From a virus, in the IMG/VR virus record IMGVR_UViG_3300008267_000013, positions 1 through 64,000 of that record: a stretch of 64,000 nt of DNA; one strand, written 5' to 3'. A model generated the notes under the pieces. That model was not told where the DNA came from. It was given only the letters and a program-made list of their open reading frames with translations, and searched no databases. A program made the translations under genes and the position numbers. Below, piece after piece: positions 10,488 to 20,212 of this stretch. The first letter of the stretch is position 1. Every line of letters begins with the position of its first letter.

Positions 10488-10808
10488 ATGTCGAAGTCTA
10501 ATAATAAAAATTCAAAGAAAATTATAAGTCTTCTTCTGGAAGCGTTTAACCGCTCAGAGGGAGAATATTCAGCGATACCGCAATGTTGTATAGAAGGTTA
10601 CATCTCTGGCAGAACTTATATGAACGTGCGTAACTGTTTAAGCGAGAAAGATCAGAAAAAACTAGAAAAATGGAATTATGTTCCATGCGAAAAATGTTTT
10701 AAACAGGGCAAAGTAGTTAAAATTAAAGATAATGGTACATCAGCGCAAGGCAAGGTTATGTTAGCTATTGCTGACTTCTATAGGAGTCAAGCGGAGATAA
10801 ATAAATGA
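10488..10808 (+). CDS. Hypothetical protein
   Basis: AAGGA RBS; IPQCC...YVPCEKC Cys motif. Confidence 0.55.
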   Translation: MSKSNNKNSKKIISLLLEAFNRSEGEYSAIPQCCIEGYISGRTYMNVRNCLSEKDQKKLEKWNYVPCEKCFKQGKVVKIKDNGTSAQGKVMLAIADFYRSQAEINK

Positions 10809-11272
10809 CAGAGCAATATACTAAAAGTCTATGCGAAAAGTATCCAATTATCTTTGGTAATAATTTTTATTTTGAATGTGGTGATGGATGGTATAATTTA
10901 ATTGATAATCTTTGTAAGATGATTTCGAATCACGATGAATGGATTAATTATAAGATCGATTTAGAAAAAAAGAATGGAATAACCAGCGAAGATTATGAAC
11001 ATGTCAACGTAGAAGCTGCACAAGTAAAAGAGAAATTTGGTGGTCTAAGATTCTATGTGCTTGGTGGTGATGAATATGTCCGTGGTTTAATTGATATGGC
11101 AGAAAAAATGTCTTATTCGATTTGTGAAGTTTGCGGACATAAAGGTGAAGAAAGAGATACAAGCTGGATTCGCACTCTTTGCGATATACATTACACAGAA
11201 TCAACAAAGAAAAAATTATCGTCAGATAACGACTTGACGATAGATATGTTTGATGTTACAGTAGCTCCATAA
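10805..11272 (+). CDS. Conserved phage protein (KEKFGGLRFY family, CxxC motif)
   Basis: GDGW, QVKEKFGGLRFY, CEVCG...TLC; paralog of 47130..47534. Confidence 0.65.
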   Translation: MTEQYTKSLCEKYPIIFGNNFYFECGDGWYNLIDNLCKMISNHDEWINYKIDLEKKNGITSEDYEHVNVEAAQVKEKFGGLRFYVLGGDEYVRGLIDMAEKMSYSICEVCGHKGEERDTSWIRTLCDIHYTESTKKKLSSDNDLTIDMFDVTVAP

Positions 11273-11289
11273 CCAACAAGGAGCAACAA

Positions 11290-11740
11290 ATGGATATCGA
11301 CGGCCCGCAGATCGAGGAAGTTATCATCAAGAAGACTGATGCTAGCAAGAAGACACGGAGGTATCTTCCAGCTAGCTAAAAAGTTAGCATCAACCTCTAC
11401 TTATGGTAACTTCCGCCACGGTGCAGTATTAATTGGTAGCGGTAATTCTATACTTGGTGTAGGTGTAAACAACGATAAATATAGTTCTGTCGGCGCTAAG
11501 TTTCGATCTGAGAATAAGGGAAATAGTACCTATCATGCAGAAATTGCAAGTATTATGAATATTTCACGTAATGTTACAAAAGGCTCAACTATCTTCGTTG
11601 CGAGAGCTGCTAAAGGTAGCAATGAAGATAGAATGAGCAAGCCTTGCCATATGTGTCACGAAGTGCTTAAAGCACAGGGCGTTAAAAAGGTATATTATAC
11701 AATCGATAATGATCATATAGGATTTTATAAAATTTCCTAA
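11290..11740 (+). CDS. Zn-dependent (d)CMP/cytidine deaminase-like protein with +1 frameshift near 11365
   Basis: RHGAV, HAE, PCHMC in frame 11339; the strong RBS (AAGGAG) serves ATG 11290 in another frame that stops at 11377. Confidence 0.75.
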
Positions 11741-11790
11741 ACCTGGTATAATTGTTGATATTGACCTAATTATATTAGGAGGTATTAACA

Positions 11791-12804
11791 ATGTCTATTG
11801 GGGTATATATAATACGTAATTTAGAAGCAAATAAATGCTATATCGGAAGCTCGATAAATATTGAGTATAGATTTAGAAGACACATATTGGCTCTACAAAA
11901 AAACAAACATCATTCTGTAAAATTACAGAGGTCATGGAATCTTCACAAAGAAGATAATTTTGTTTTTGAAATATTAGAAATTACTGATAAAAAAGATCTC
12001 TTAATAAGAGAACAATATTATATTGATTTATATAAATCTTATGAAGATGATAAAGGTTACAATATATGTCCTTTAGCTGGAAATACAATAGGTAGAAAAA
12101 CTTCTCAGACAACAATAGAAAAACTAAAGATTAGTTCGAGTGGACGAAAACACACCGAAGAAACAAAAAAAATAATCTCAAAAAAATTAAAAAACAGAGT
12201 TGTCTCCGAAGAAACAAAAGAAAAATTAAGTACAATATTTAAAGAAAAATTTAAAAACCCAGAAAACCATCCTTTTTATGGTAAAACACACATACAAGAG
12301 ACAATAGATAAGATAAAACAGACATTGAGCGAAAAAATGTCTGGCGAGAATAATCCATTTTATGGTAAAACTCACTCTATGGAAACAAGAAAGTTTTTAT
12401 CAGACATAAACACAGGTAAACCACTTTCAGAAGAGTGTAAAAAAAATATGTCTAAAGCACATATGAAGAATTTATATTCTGTTGAAGAAATAGACGAGAA
12501 AACCCGTAAAGATATTTATGACGATTACACTTCTGGTATGCGCATTATTGATTTAAAACTAAAATATAAATTTAGCACTTATGTTATTAAAAAATATTTA
12601 AATGAAATGGGAATCAACACAGGCGATAAAACGGGCTCAAGAAACCCATCAGCAAAAATGTCTTTTCAGACTGCCGAAGAAATAAGAAAAAAACACTTTG
12701 AAGAAAAAATATCAGTCTACAAGCTGAGTAAAAATTATAATGTATGTTATATGACAATTAAAAATATTATCTTGAATAAAACATGGATAAATCAAAATGA
12801 TTAA
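11791..12804 (+). CDS. Free-standing GIY-YIG homing endonuclease with NUMOD3 repeats
   Basis: GVYIIRN...CYIGSS, R-x-x-x-H, REQYY, GYN; repeated HTEETKKKIS and NPFYGKTH. Confidence 0.9.
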   Translation: MSIGVYIIRNLEANKCYIGSSINIEYRFRRHILALQKNKHHSVKLQRSWNLHKEDNFVFEILEITDKKDLLIREQYYIDLYKSYEDDKGYNICPLAGNTIGRKTSQTTIEKLKISSSGRKHTEETKKIISKKLKNRVVSEETKEKLSTIFKEKFKNPENHPFYGKTHIQETIDKIKQTLSEKMSGENNPFYGKTHSMETRKFLSDINTGKPLSEECKKNMSKAHMKNLYSVEEIDEKTRKDIYDDYTSGMRIIDLKLKYKFSTYVIKKYLNEMGINTGDKTGSRNPSAKMSFQTAEEIRKKHFEEKISVYKLSKNYNVCYMTIKNIILNKTWINQND

Positions 12805-12922
12805 GTATATTTTTATTATTACACTACTTGCTTCCTGCAATATGCCACTTGACACCAGACCAGCAGTTTGCAATAATACTCTACAGCATGATATTCATAG
12901 AGATCTATGCGGTGATAAATAA
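12797..12922 (+). CDS. 41-aa putative lipoprotein (absent from ORF track)
   Basis: MIKYIFIITLLAS-C lipobox; overlaps both flanking genes. Confidence 0.55.
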   Translation: MIKYIFIITLLASCNMPLDTRPAVCNNTLQHDIHRDLCGDK

Positions 12923-13893
12923 TGAAACGTATTCTAATAGTAGATTTCTTAAACGCGTTTCTACGGGCGCTTATGAGCGATCCACATAGAACTCAAAATG
13001 AAACCGCAGCAGGAGGGATTAGAGGATTCTTAAAGATCCTACAGAAAATGACACGTATCAGTAATCCTGATCGTGTCTTTATTTGTTATGATGGCGAAGG
13101 CGGTAGCAAGAAGCGTAAGCGTATGTTCAAGGAATATAAGGATGGACGTTCGCCTATATTTTTAAATCCCAATATAAAGAATAATAATCAAGAAGACGAA
13201 TTACAAAATCGTATATGGCAAGAAACAAGAACAGTAGAATATCTAAACCAATTACCAGTCGTACAATTAATGGTAGATGGTGTAGAAGCAGATGATATTA
13301 TTGCATATATTTGTAAAGATAAGAAGTTTGAAGATTATCAAAAAGTAATCTGTTCTAACGACAAAGACTTCATCCAGCTTTGTGACGATAAAACGGTGCT
13401 TTATAGACCAGTTAAAGATATAGCGTTAAACAAAAAAACTGTTTTAGAAGAGTACGGCATTCACCCCATTAATTTTGCACTTGCTAGGGCTATTTGTGGT
13501 GATAGTTCAGATAACCTAGAAGGAGTAAAAGGTGCTGGCTTGACAACAGTATCAAAAAGGTTTACATTTCTATCTGACGAGCACGAATACACACTTGAAG
13601 ATATCCTAAAACATTGCCGTGAACATGCCGGTGAAATTAAATTATATAAAAGTATTCTTCAAGCGCAGAAAAAAATCAAGCTAAATCAACGTGTTATGCA
13701 GTTGTCTTATAGACCTGTAACGGCCGAAACAAAAAAGAAAATTAATTCGGACATTAAGGGGGCAGAGTGTATACTTAATAAACCAGTTTTTGATAGCCTG
13801 GCCGTTGAAGATAGGATAGAAGATATAGATTTCACTATATTATTTACTAATATGTATAAATTAGTAAAAGAAAACTGCAAGGAGATTTCATAA
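12922..13893 (+). CDS. 5'-3' exonuclease / flap endonuclease (T4 RNase H, PolI N-terminal-like)
   Basis: LIVD, YDG, YKDGR, EADDII, SNDKDFIQL, GDSSDNLEGVKGAG. Confidence 0.92.
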   Translation: MKRILIVDFLNAFLRALMSDPHRTQNETAAGGIRGFLKILQKMTRISNPDRVFICYDGEGGSKKRKRMFKEYKDGRSPIFLNPNIKNNNQEDELQNRIWQETRTVEYLNQLPVVQLMVDGVEADDIIAYICKDKKFEDYQKVICSNDKDFIQLCDDKTVLYRPVKDIALNKKTVLEEYGIHPINFALARAICGDSSDNLEGVKGAGLTTVSKRFTFLSDEHEYTLEDILKHCREHAGEIKLYKSILQAQKKIKLNQRVMQLSYRPVTAETKKKINSDIKGAECILNKPVFDSLAVEDRIEDIDFTILFTNMYKLVKENCKEIS

Positions 13894-13921
13894 AATGCTA
13901 GCTTTTACTGGAGTTCAGAAA

Positions 13922-16318
13922 ATGGAAGAGCGTACTAGTACGATTGAAAGTCCTACTTTTGCCGTACAAGGAACAAGATTTCAAGAAGCACTAGCGCAAC
14001 TAATTCTAGATGACTCTGTATTCTCAGCACAAATTGGTGAAGTACTAGATGTTAATTTCTTCGAACTTAAGTATTTAAGGCTATTTACGCAAAAAATTTA
14101 TGATTATCGCAAGAAATATAGCGTGCATCCATCGCGTGAAACAATCGGTACTATCCTAAGGGCTGAAATTAATACAGAATCAGAAGTACTACAGAAACAA
14201 GTACGTGAATATTACGCTCGTATTATTTCAACAGATAATGTCGATGGGGCCGAACACATCAAAGATGTATCTCTTGATTTCTGTAAGAAGCAGAAATTAA
14301 AAGAGGCAATGATTAAGAGCGTTGAGCTTATTAAATCTTCTTCTTTTGATGAAGTTTCAAAGGTAATCAATGACGCACTTAAACTGGGTACAGACAATAA
14401 TCATGGTTATGATTATTTGGCTGATTTTGAAAGCCGCTTCGTCCTTAAAGCACGTAATCCTATTAGTACTGGTTGGGATTATATTGACTCTATCACCCGT
14501 GGTGGCCTTGGGCGAGGTGAATTGGGGGTTGTTATCGCTCCTACTGGCTGTCATAGCCGTGGCACTAGAGTTTTAATGTCTGATGGTGCATTTAAAAACG
14601 TTGAAGACATTGTTGTTGGTGACAAACTACTCGGCCCAGACTCTAACAACAGAAATGTTCTACAGCTACATCGCGGAACACAGATGATGTATAGGGTGGT
14701 CCCCGTTAAAGGCGATTCGTTTGTAGTGAATGCTGGTCATATTTTATCTCTGCGAAACACACAGAACAATAAAATTGTAAACATTAGCGTGTCTGAGTAT
14801 CTCTCTAAGAACAAAAATTTTAAGCACTTGCACAAACTTTATAGAAGCGGCGCTGTTAGTTTTCAGAACTCTCAAAAAATGAATAATGCGTATTTTCTAG
14901 GAATTATGCTTGGAGATGGGTCTGTTACGTCTAAACAAATCTCATTCACGACTGAAGATGAAACCTTGATTAACGAAATTAAAGCAAGCGGAATGATAGA
15001 TGATGCTTTTCAAATTAAAAGTTGGGCCAAGGCTAATTCTTCCTGTAGATCTTATGCCTTAAATTATTCTAAAAATTCTAAGATTTTTAATTTCTTTAAT
15101 GATCTTAAATTGATCGGCACTAATTCTGGCAACAAGTTTATTCCACATAGTTACAAAACAGCCAGTATTTCTGATAGACTAGAGTTGCTTGCTGGGTTAT
15201 TAGATACTGATGGATCTTTAAACGACAAATGTTTTGATTATATTTCTAAATCAAAACAATTATCGGAAGATGTAGCATTTATCGCTAGAAGTGTTGGACT
15301 TGCTGCTTATGTAAATGAATGTGTAAAAACTTGTCAAAACGATTTTTCGGGAACATATCACCGCGTTTCTATTAGTGGTAACTGCTCTATTATTCCAACA
15401 AGGCTTAATAGAAAGAAGGCGGCGGCACGCAAGCAAATTAAAAACGTGCTAAACACTGGTTTTGCCGTTATCGAAGAAGGTGAAGATGATTATTATGGAT
15501 TCGAGGTAGATGGCGATAATCTATACCTTATGGGTGACTTTACTGTTACCCATAATAGTGGTAAATCAATGTGTCTTGTGCATATTGGAGCAGCAGCACT
15601 AAAAGCTGGCAAAAACGTTGTATACTATACCTTAGAGCTCCAAGATAAAGTAATCGGAGCTAGATTTGATAGTTGTTTGACTGGCATAAATCTATCAGAA
15701 GTGATAAACTACAAAGAACAAGTCCTAGACATGGTAAAGGATTTACCAGGAAAGCTCATTATTAAAGAATATCCCACTAAAAGCGCAAGCACTAATACAA
15801 TTAGATCGCACTTAGATAAACTTAAAATGCATGGTCATAACGTTGATATGATTATTGTTGATTATGCGGATCTACTCCGACCAGTTACGCGAGAAAAAGA
15901 GAAACGAGTAGAGCTTGAGAGCATCTATGAAGAGCTTCGCGGCCTAGCGCAGATGAATAATTGTACTCTATGGACGGCTTCGCAAACTAATCGTGGCGGA
16001 CTAAATGCAGAAGTGGTAACAATGGAAAGCATCAGCGAAGCGTTTAACAAGTGTTTCGTAGCAGATTTTATTTGCACAGTTAGTAGAACAATCAAAGACA
16101 AAGCTTCAAACGAAGGACGCATGTTTATTGCCAAGAATCGTAATGGACCAGATGGCATGGTTTATCCAATATTTATGGACACTAAGAACGTAAAAATCAA
16201 GGTCTTGCAAGAAAGCACAGAAAGTGCATCAGAAATCATAGCTAATTCTGCTAAAGATCAACAGAAAGCTCTGAAAGATAAATATCGTGCATTTAAAAAG
16301 GAACAAGGATCTACTTAG
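13922..16318 (+). CDS. DnaB/gp41-like replicative helicase containing an intein
   Basis: STGW...GGLGRGELGVVIAPTG|SGKS split Walker A, YYTLE, IIVDYADLL, TASQTNR, AKNRNG. Confidence 0.92.
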   Translation: MEERTSTIESPTFAVQGTRFQEALAQLILDDSVFSAQIGEVLDVNFFELKYLRLFTQKIYDYRKKYSVHPSRETIGTILRAEINTESEVLQKQVREYYARIISTDNVDGAEHIKDVSLDFCKKQKLKEAMIKSVELIKSSSFDEVSKVINDALKLGTDNNHGYDYLADFESRFVLKARNPISTGWDYIDSITRGGLGRGELGVVIAPTGCHSRGTRVLMSDGAFKNVEDIVVGDKLLGPDSNNRNVLQLHRGTQMMYRVVPVKGDSFVVNAGHILSLRNTQNNKIVNISVSEYLSKNKNFKHLHKLYRSGAVSFQNSQKMNNAYFLGIMLGDGSVTSKQISFTTEDETLINEIKASGMIDDAFQIKSWAKANSSCRSYALNYSKNSKIFNFFNDLKLIGTNSGNKFIPHSYKTASISDRLELLAGLLDTDGSLNDKCFDYISKSKQLSEDVAFIARSVGLAAYVNECVKTCQNDFSGTYHRVSISGNCSIIPTRLNRKKAAARKQIKNVLNTGFAVIEEGEDDYYGFEVDGDNLYLMGDFTVTHNSGKSMCLVHIGAAALKAGKNVVYYTLELQDKVIGARFDSCLTGINLSEVINYKEQVLDMVKDLPGKLIIKEYPTKSASTNTIRSHLDKLKMHGHNVDMIIVDYADLLRPVTREKEKRVELESIYEELRGLAQMNNCTLWTASQTNRGGLNAEVVTMESISEAFNKCFVADFICTVSRTIKDKASNEGRMFIAKNRNGPDGMVYPIFMDTKNVKIKVLQESTESASEIIANSAKDQQKALKDKYRAFKKEQGST
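14549..15556 (+). mobile_element. 336-aa intein with LAGLIDADG endonuclease in the helicase P-loop
   Basis: Starts CHSRGT, VNAGH block B, LGIMLGDG and LAGLLDTDG motifs, ends VTHN before Ser. Confidence 0.92.
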
Positions 16319-16344
16319 CTAACCATTCGAGAGAGAATATAGAA

Positions 16345-16431
16345 ATGTCAAACTTACTAACTCCAAGAGTCACATACGGTCCATTTGAATACGAAGCTGC
16401 TTATCAATTTTTTCAAAAAGAACAGTTATGA
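16345..16431 (+). pseudogene. Orphan 28-codon copy of the nrdB 5' end
   Basis: MSNLLTPRVTYGPFEYEAAYQFFQKEQL* versus NrdB MPNLLEPRVTYGPFEYQPAYDFFLKQQM; stop overlaps the HNH ATG. Confidence 0.8.
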
Positions 16432-17069
16432 GCACAAAAGTATGTAATAAATGTAATATAGAAAAAGATGTAAGTTTATTTGGCAAATCATCGAGAGAAA
16501 AAGATGGTTTTAAAAATAAATGTTTAGAATGTTACAGAATTTTTAGAATTGAAAATAGAGAAAAAATTAAAAATTATAAAAAAAAATATTATAAAAAAAA
16601 TCATGAAAAAATTTTAGTAGCTGGTAGGCAAAGATATAGTTTAAATACTGAGAAAGAACGTAAAAGAAAAAAAATTTATAGATCTAAACAAGATGTAAAA
16701 GATAGAAGAAATGCAAAAAGGAGAAAGTTATTAAAAGAAGATCCAAAATATAAACTAGAATTAAATATATCATCATCTATTAGAGATGACCTAAAAAATA
16801 GAAATGCAAGCAAAGCATTTATAAAATGGGAAATATATACTGGTTATTCGATAGATCAACTAAAGGAACATTTAGAAAAACATTTCAAGCCAGAGATGAA
16901 TTGGGAAAATCATGGTTCTTATTGGCACATAGATCATATTAGACCAAAAAGTTGGTTTAAATATACATCGCCTAATGATGAAGATTTTAAAAAATGTTGG
17001 TCATTAGAAAATTTACAGCCGTTAGAAGCTAAACTTAATATTATTAAAGGAAATAAATACGAGGGATAA
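16428..17069 (+). CDS. HNH homing endonuclease
   Basis: N-terminal CxxC...CxxC, basic linker, WHIDHIRP...NLQPL...N..KGN. Confidence 0.85.
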   Translation: MSTKVCNKCNIEKDVSLFGKSSREKDGFKNKCLECYRIFRIENREKIKNYKKKYYKKNHEKILVAGRQRYSLNTEKERKRKKIYRSKQDVKDRRNAKRRKLLKEDPKYKLELNISSSIRDDLKNRNASKAFIKWEIYTGYSIDQLKEHLEKHFKPEMNWENHGSYWHIDHIRPKSWFKYTSPNDEDFKKCWSLENLQPLEAKLNIIKGNKYEG

Positions 17070-17071
17070 AA

Positions 17072-18031
17072 ATGCCAAATCTACTAGAGCCAAGAGTAAC
17101 ATACGGACCTTTCGAGTACCAACCTGCATATGATTTTTTTTTAAAACAACAAATGGCTCATTGGCTCTTTATAGAAGTACAGATGGGTGGCGACGTTAAT
17201 GATTGGAAGTTAAACCTATCTGAAACAGATAGACACGTGATTGGAAGCATTCTCAAAGGATTTACACAGACAGAAATCTTTGTTGAGGATTATTGGTCCA
17301 ACAAAGTTGGTAATTGGTTCAAGAAACCTGAAATTCAAATGATGGCAAATACATTTGCCGGATTTGAAAGTATCCATGCTGCTGGATACTCATATCTTGA
17401 AGAATCACTTGGTATTCAAAATTACGAGTCATTTCTACATGACCCAGCCTCAAAAGCTAAGATCGACAGATTGATGAACACCAAGGGCAAAACCAAAAGA
17501 GAGATTGGTCTATCATTAGCAATATTCTCAGGCTTCAACGAAGGCGTAAATCTTTTTAGTTCATTTGCTGTTCTTATGTCATTTTCACAACGCAATATGC
17601 TTAAAGGACTTGGTCAAATTGTTAGCTGGTCCATCAAAGATGAATCATTACATAGTGAAGCTGGATGCTGGTTATTTCGTACATTTATGTCAGAACACCC
17701 AGAACTATGGACAGATGACTTTAAAAAAGAAATTTATGATGCTGCTCGCCTAACAGTTGAACTTGAAGATCAATTTATTGAAACTGCTTTTGCTAAAGGT
17801 GATCTACCAAATCTTTCCAAGCATGACTTAAAAAATTATATTCGTTATCGTGCAAATACTAAACTTCACGATCTTGGACTAAAACAAAATTGGAAGAACA
17901 TTGACAAAACCTCCCTTGAGAGGTTAGAATGGTTTGACGTTCTCTCCAGTGGTGTTGAAATGCAGGACTTTTTTGCACAGAAGGTTTCGGCGTACTCCAA
18001 AGGAATGGCTGATTTTGAGAATGTTTGGTAA
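17072..18031 (+). CDS. nrdB: Ribonucleotide reductase class I beta subunit
   Basis: FESIHAAGY, EGVNLFSSF, KDESLH iron ligands, DFF...AY C-terminus. Confidence 0.95.
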   Translation: MPNLLEPRVTYGPFEYQPAYDFFLKQQMAHWLFIEVQMGGDVNDWKLNLSETDRHVIGSILKGFTQTEIFVEDYWSNKVGNWFKKPEIQMMANTFAGFESIHAAGYSYLEESLGIQNYESFLHDPASKAKIDRLMNTKGKTKREIGLSLAIFSGFNEGVNLFSSFAVLMSFSQRNMLKGLGQIVSWSIKDESLHSEAGCWLFRTFMSEHPELWTDDFKKEIYDAARLTVELEDQFIETAFAKGDLPNLSKHDLKNYIRYRANTKLHDLGLKQNWKNIDKTSLERLEWFDVLSSGVEMQDFFAQKVSAYSKGMADFENVW

Positions 18032-18042
18032 AGGATAAAAAT

Positions 18043-19161
18043 ATGACTCTTGAGGAACTAAAAGAAAAAGGCGAAGCTGGAGAATGGTTAAACTCTGAAG
18101 GGTTTCAAACTTTGTCCAGTGGCTATCTATTAAAAGGGGAAACCCCATTAGATATGTACAAACGTGTAGCTAAATCAGCTGCATCATATTATGATGAACC
18201 ATTACGTTCTCAATTAGAGAAAAGGTTCCTATCATATATTAAAAATAATTGGCTATGCTTGGCTACGCCTGTTGCCTCAAACTGCGGCAGCGACCGTGGA
18301 CTACCTATTTCATGCTATGGAAATTATATGCCAGATAGTATTTCTGGTATTTTTAAAACATATCATGAAGCTGCCATGTTAACAAAAAATGGTGGCGGTG
18401 TTGGAACATATATTGGTGGTATTCGTGCTAGAGGAGCTTCTATTAACGGTAATGGTCAAAGTGAAGGTGTAATACCTTGGTTAAGAGTATTGGAACAAAC
18501 ATTCCAGAGTGTTGGTCAGGGTGGAGTTAGACGAGGAGCTGTAGCAACTTATCTAGATGCTGACCATGGCGATATTGATGAGTTTATTGATATCCGCCGA
18601 CCAACTGGGGATATTTCGAGGCGTTGTCTCTCTAATAATTTCCATCATGCAGTCGTATATTCAGACGATTTTATGAATCGTGCATTAACTGGTGATAAGC
18701 ATGCTCGCGAGGTATGGGAAAAAGGTCTAAAAGCTCGTCTTGAGACTGGAGAACATTATATGATGTTCGGTGATAACGCTAATCGTAACTTACCGGACGG
18801 ATATATTAAAAATGATTTAAAAGTTAAAACAAGCCAGCTTTGCGTAGCTGGTGAGACTTTAATTACTGTATCAAGCAAAGATTTTGGTATAGTGGATTTA
18901 GAAATTAAAGACCTAAAACCATATATGGATAAACATAAAGATCTTTCTGTTTTATCTAACAATCTGGAAAATAGAAAAAATGAATTTAAAAAAGTTAAGG
19001 CATTTGCTCAGACTTCGCCAAAAGCAAAAGTATTAAAAATTACTGACGACAAAACAGGTAAATGTATTAAAGTAACGCCAGAACACAAAGTCTATACCAA
19101 AAATAGAGGATATGTTATGGCTAAAGATCTTAAAGCAGATGATGAATTAGTTTTTGAATAG
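18043..19161 (+). CDS. nrdA: RNR alpha N-terminal part fused to N-intein
   Basis: LATPV, PISC, GGGVG, QGGVRRGA, ends TSQL|CVAGETL...LKADDELVFE*. Confidence 0.9.
   Translation: MTLEELKEKGEAGEWLNSEGFQTLSSGYLLKGETPLDMYKRVAKSAASYYDEPLRSQLEKRFLSYIKNNWLCLATPVASNCGSDRGLPISCYGNYMPDSISGIFKTYHEAAMLTKNGGGVGTYIGGIRARGASINGNGQSEGVIPWLRVLEQTFQSVGQGGVRRGAVATYLDADHGDIDEFIDIRRPTGDISRRCLSNNFHHAVVYSDDFMNRALTGDKHAREVWEKGLKARLETGEHYMMFGDNANRNLPDGYIKNDLKVKTSQLCVAGETLITVSSKDFGIVDLEIKDLKPYMDKHKDLSVLSNNLENRKNEFKKVKAFAQTSPKAKVLKITDDKTGKCIKVTPEHKVYTKNRGYVMAKDLKADDELVFE
18841..19158 (+). mobile_element. Split intein, N-half (106 aa)
   Basis: Cys1, VTPEHKVYT block B, RGYVMAKDLKADDEL, then stop. Confidence 0.88.
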
Positions 19162-19168
19162 ATAAAAA

Positions 19169-19227
19169 TCCAGTAGAGTAATCTCGTTTAGTAACTAATT
19201 ATATTATCGAGATTACTCTACTGGAGG
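19169..19227 (+). promoter_or_regulatory. 18-bp hairpin occluding the endonuclease RBS, with ACTAATTA in the loop
   Basis: TCCAGTAGAGTAATCTCG / CGAGATTACTCTACTGGA perfect inverted repeat covering GGA of GGAGG. Confidence 0.75.
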
Positions 19228-19234
19228 TTATACA

Positions 19235-20212
19235 ATGGAATGGAAAATCTATAAAATAACAAATTTGATAAATAATAAAATTTATATAGGTCAGACAAAA
19301 AACTCTATAAATGAAAGATTTAAAGGACATTGTACAGCTGCCAGACAAGGTATAAAATATAGATTTTATTATGCAATAAGAAAACATGGCGAAGAAAATT
19401 TTAAAATAGAACTTCTAGAAATAGCAAATTCAATAGAGGAAGCCTGTGAACTAGAAAAGAACTACATTAAAAAATATCAATCAACTCATCCGAGCATTGG
19501 ATATAACGCTACCAGTGGAGGCACAGGTGGTTGGATGATCGGAAGACTATCTGAAGAAGAACAAAATTTATGGAAAGATAAAGTTTCTAAAGCTAATACA
19601 GGCGAGAACAATTCTACATATTGCGGTACAACTGATGAAGAATTAATAAATTTATTAGTAAAATTTACTGAAAAATACAAATATATATGTGGTTTGCTAC
19701 CGCTGGTAGGGTTTGGGATAGAAAATGGTATAGATGTTCCCAAATCATTTACAAAGTTTAGATTTGATGGGAACTATGAAAATTTAGTTAAAGAAGTTGA
19801 ATTAAGAACTGGTATTAAGGCTGATGCGTATCCAAGAGGTGAAGAAAGAAAAATATCATCATATTATAAAAAACTTTCTTATCAAAAATCGTACAAAAGA
19901 AAACCAAAAATTAAAATAAAATACGAAGACATGATCAAAAACATTAGTAATTCTAAAAAATATGATAAAAATCCGCAATTTTGTGGAACAACCAATGAAA
20001 CACTAATAGAATTAGTAGAAAAATTCTATAAAGAATTTAATAAATTTCCAACACACAAAGAATTAATACTTTATGGGAAACATGAAAATATAAATGTTCC
20101 AACCGGGTTTACAGAAAGTAGATTTGGAGGAAAATTTATAAATTTAATTAAAATTGTAAATTTAAAGTATAATTTAAGCAAACCGGAGGCCGATAATGGC
20201 ACTGATAATTGA
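19235..20212 (+). CDS. GIY-YIG homing endonuclease between the nrdA halves
   Basis: KIYKITNLINNKIYIGQT, RF.GH, LEKNYI, GYN; two C-terminal repeats (CGTT.E.LI...VP..FT..RF.G). Confidence 0.88.
   Translation: MEWKIYKITNLINNKIYIGQTKNSINERFKGHCTAARQGIKYRFYYAIRKHGEENFKIELLEIANSIEEACELEKNYIKKYQSTHPSIGYNATSGGTGGWMIGRLSEEEQNLWKDKVSKANTGENNSTYCGTTDEELINLLVKFTEKYKYICGLLPLVGFGIENGIDVPKSFTKFRFDGNYENLVKEVELRTGIKADAYPRGEERKISSYYKKLSYQKSYKRKPKIKIKYEDMIKNISNSKKYDKNPQFCGTTNETLIELVEKFYKEFNKFPTHKELILYGKHENINVPTGFTESRFGGKFINLIKIVNLKYNLSKPEADNGTDN

Noticed and set aside
19162-20195. Group I intron explanation for the nrdA interruption
   Set aside because: No P/Q/R/S core; flanks too short; downstream half has its own RBS and start
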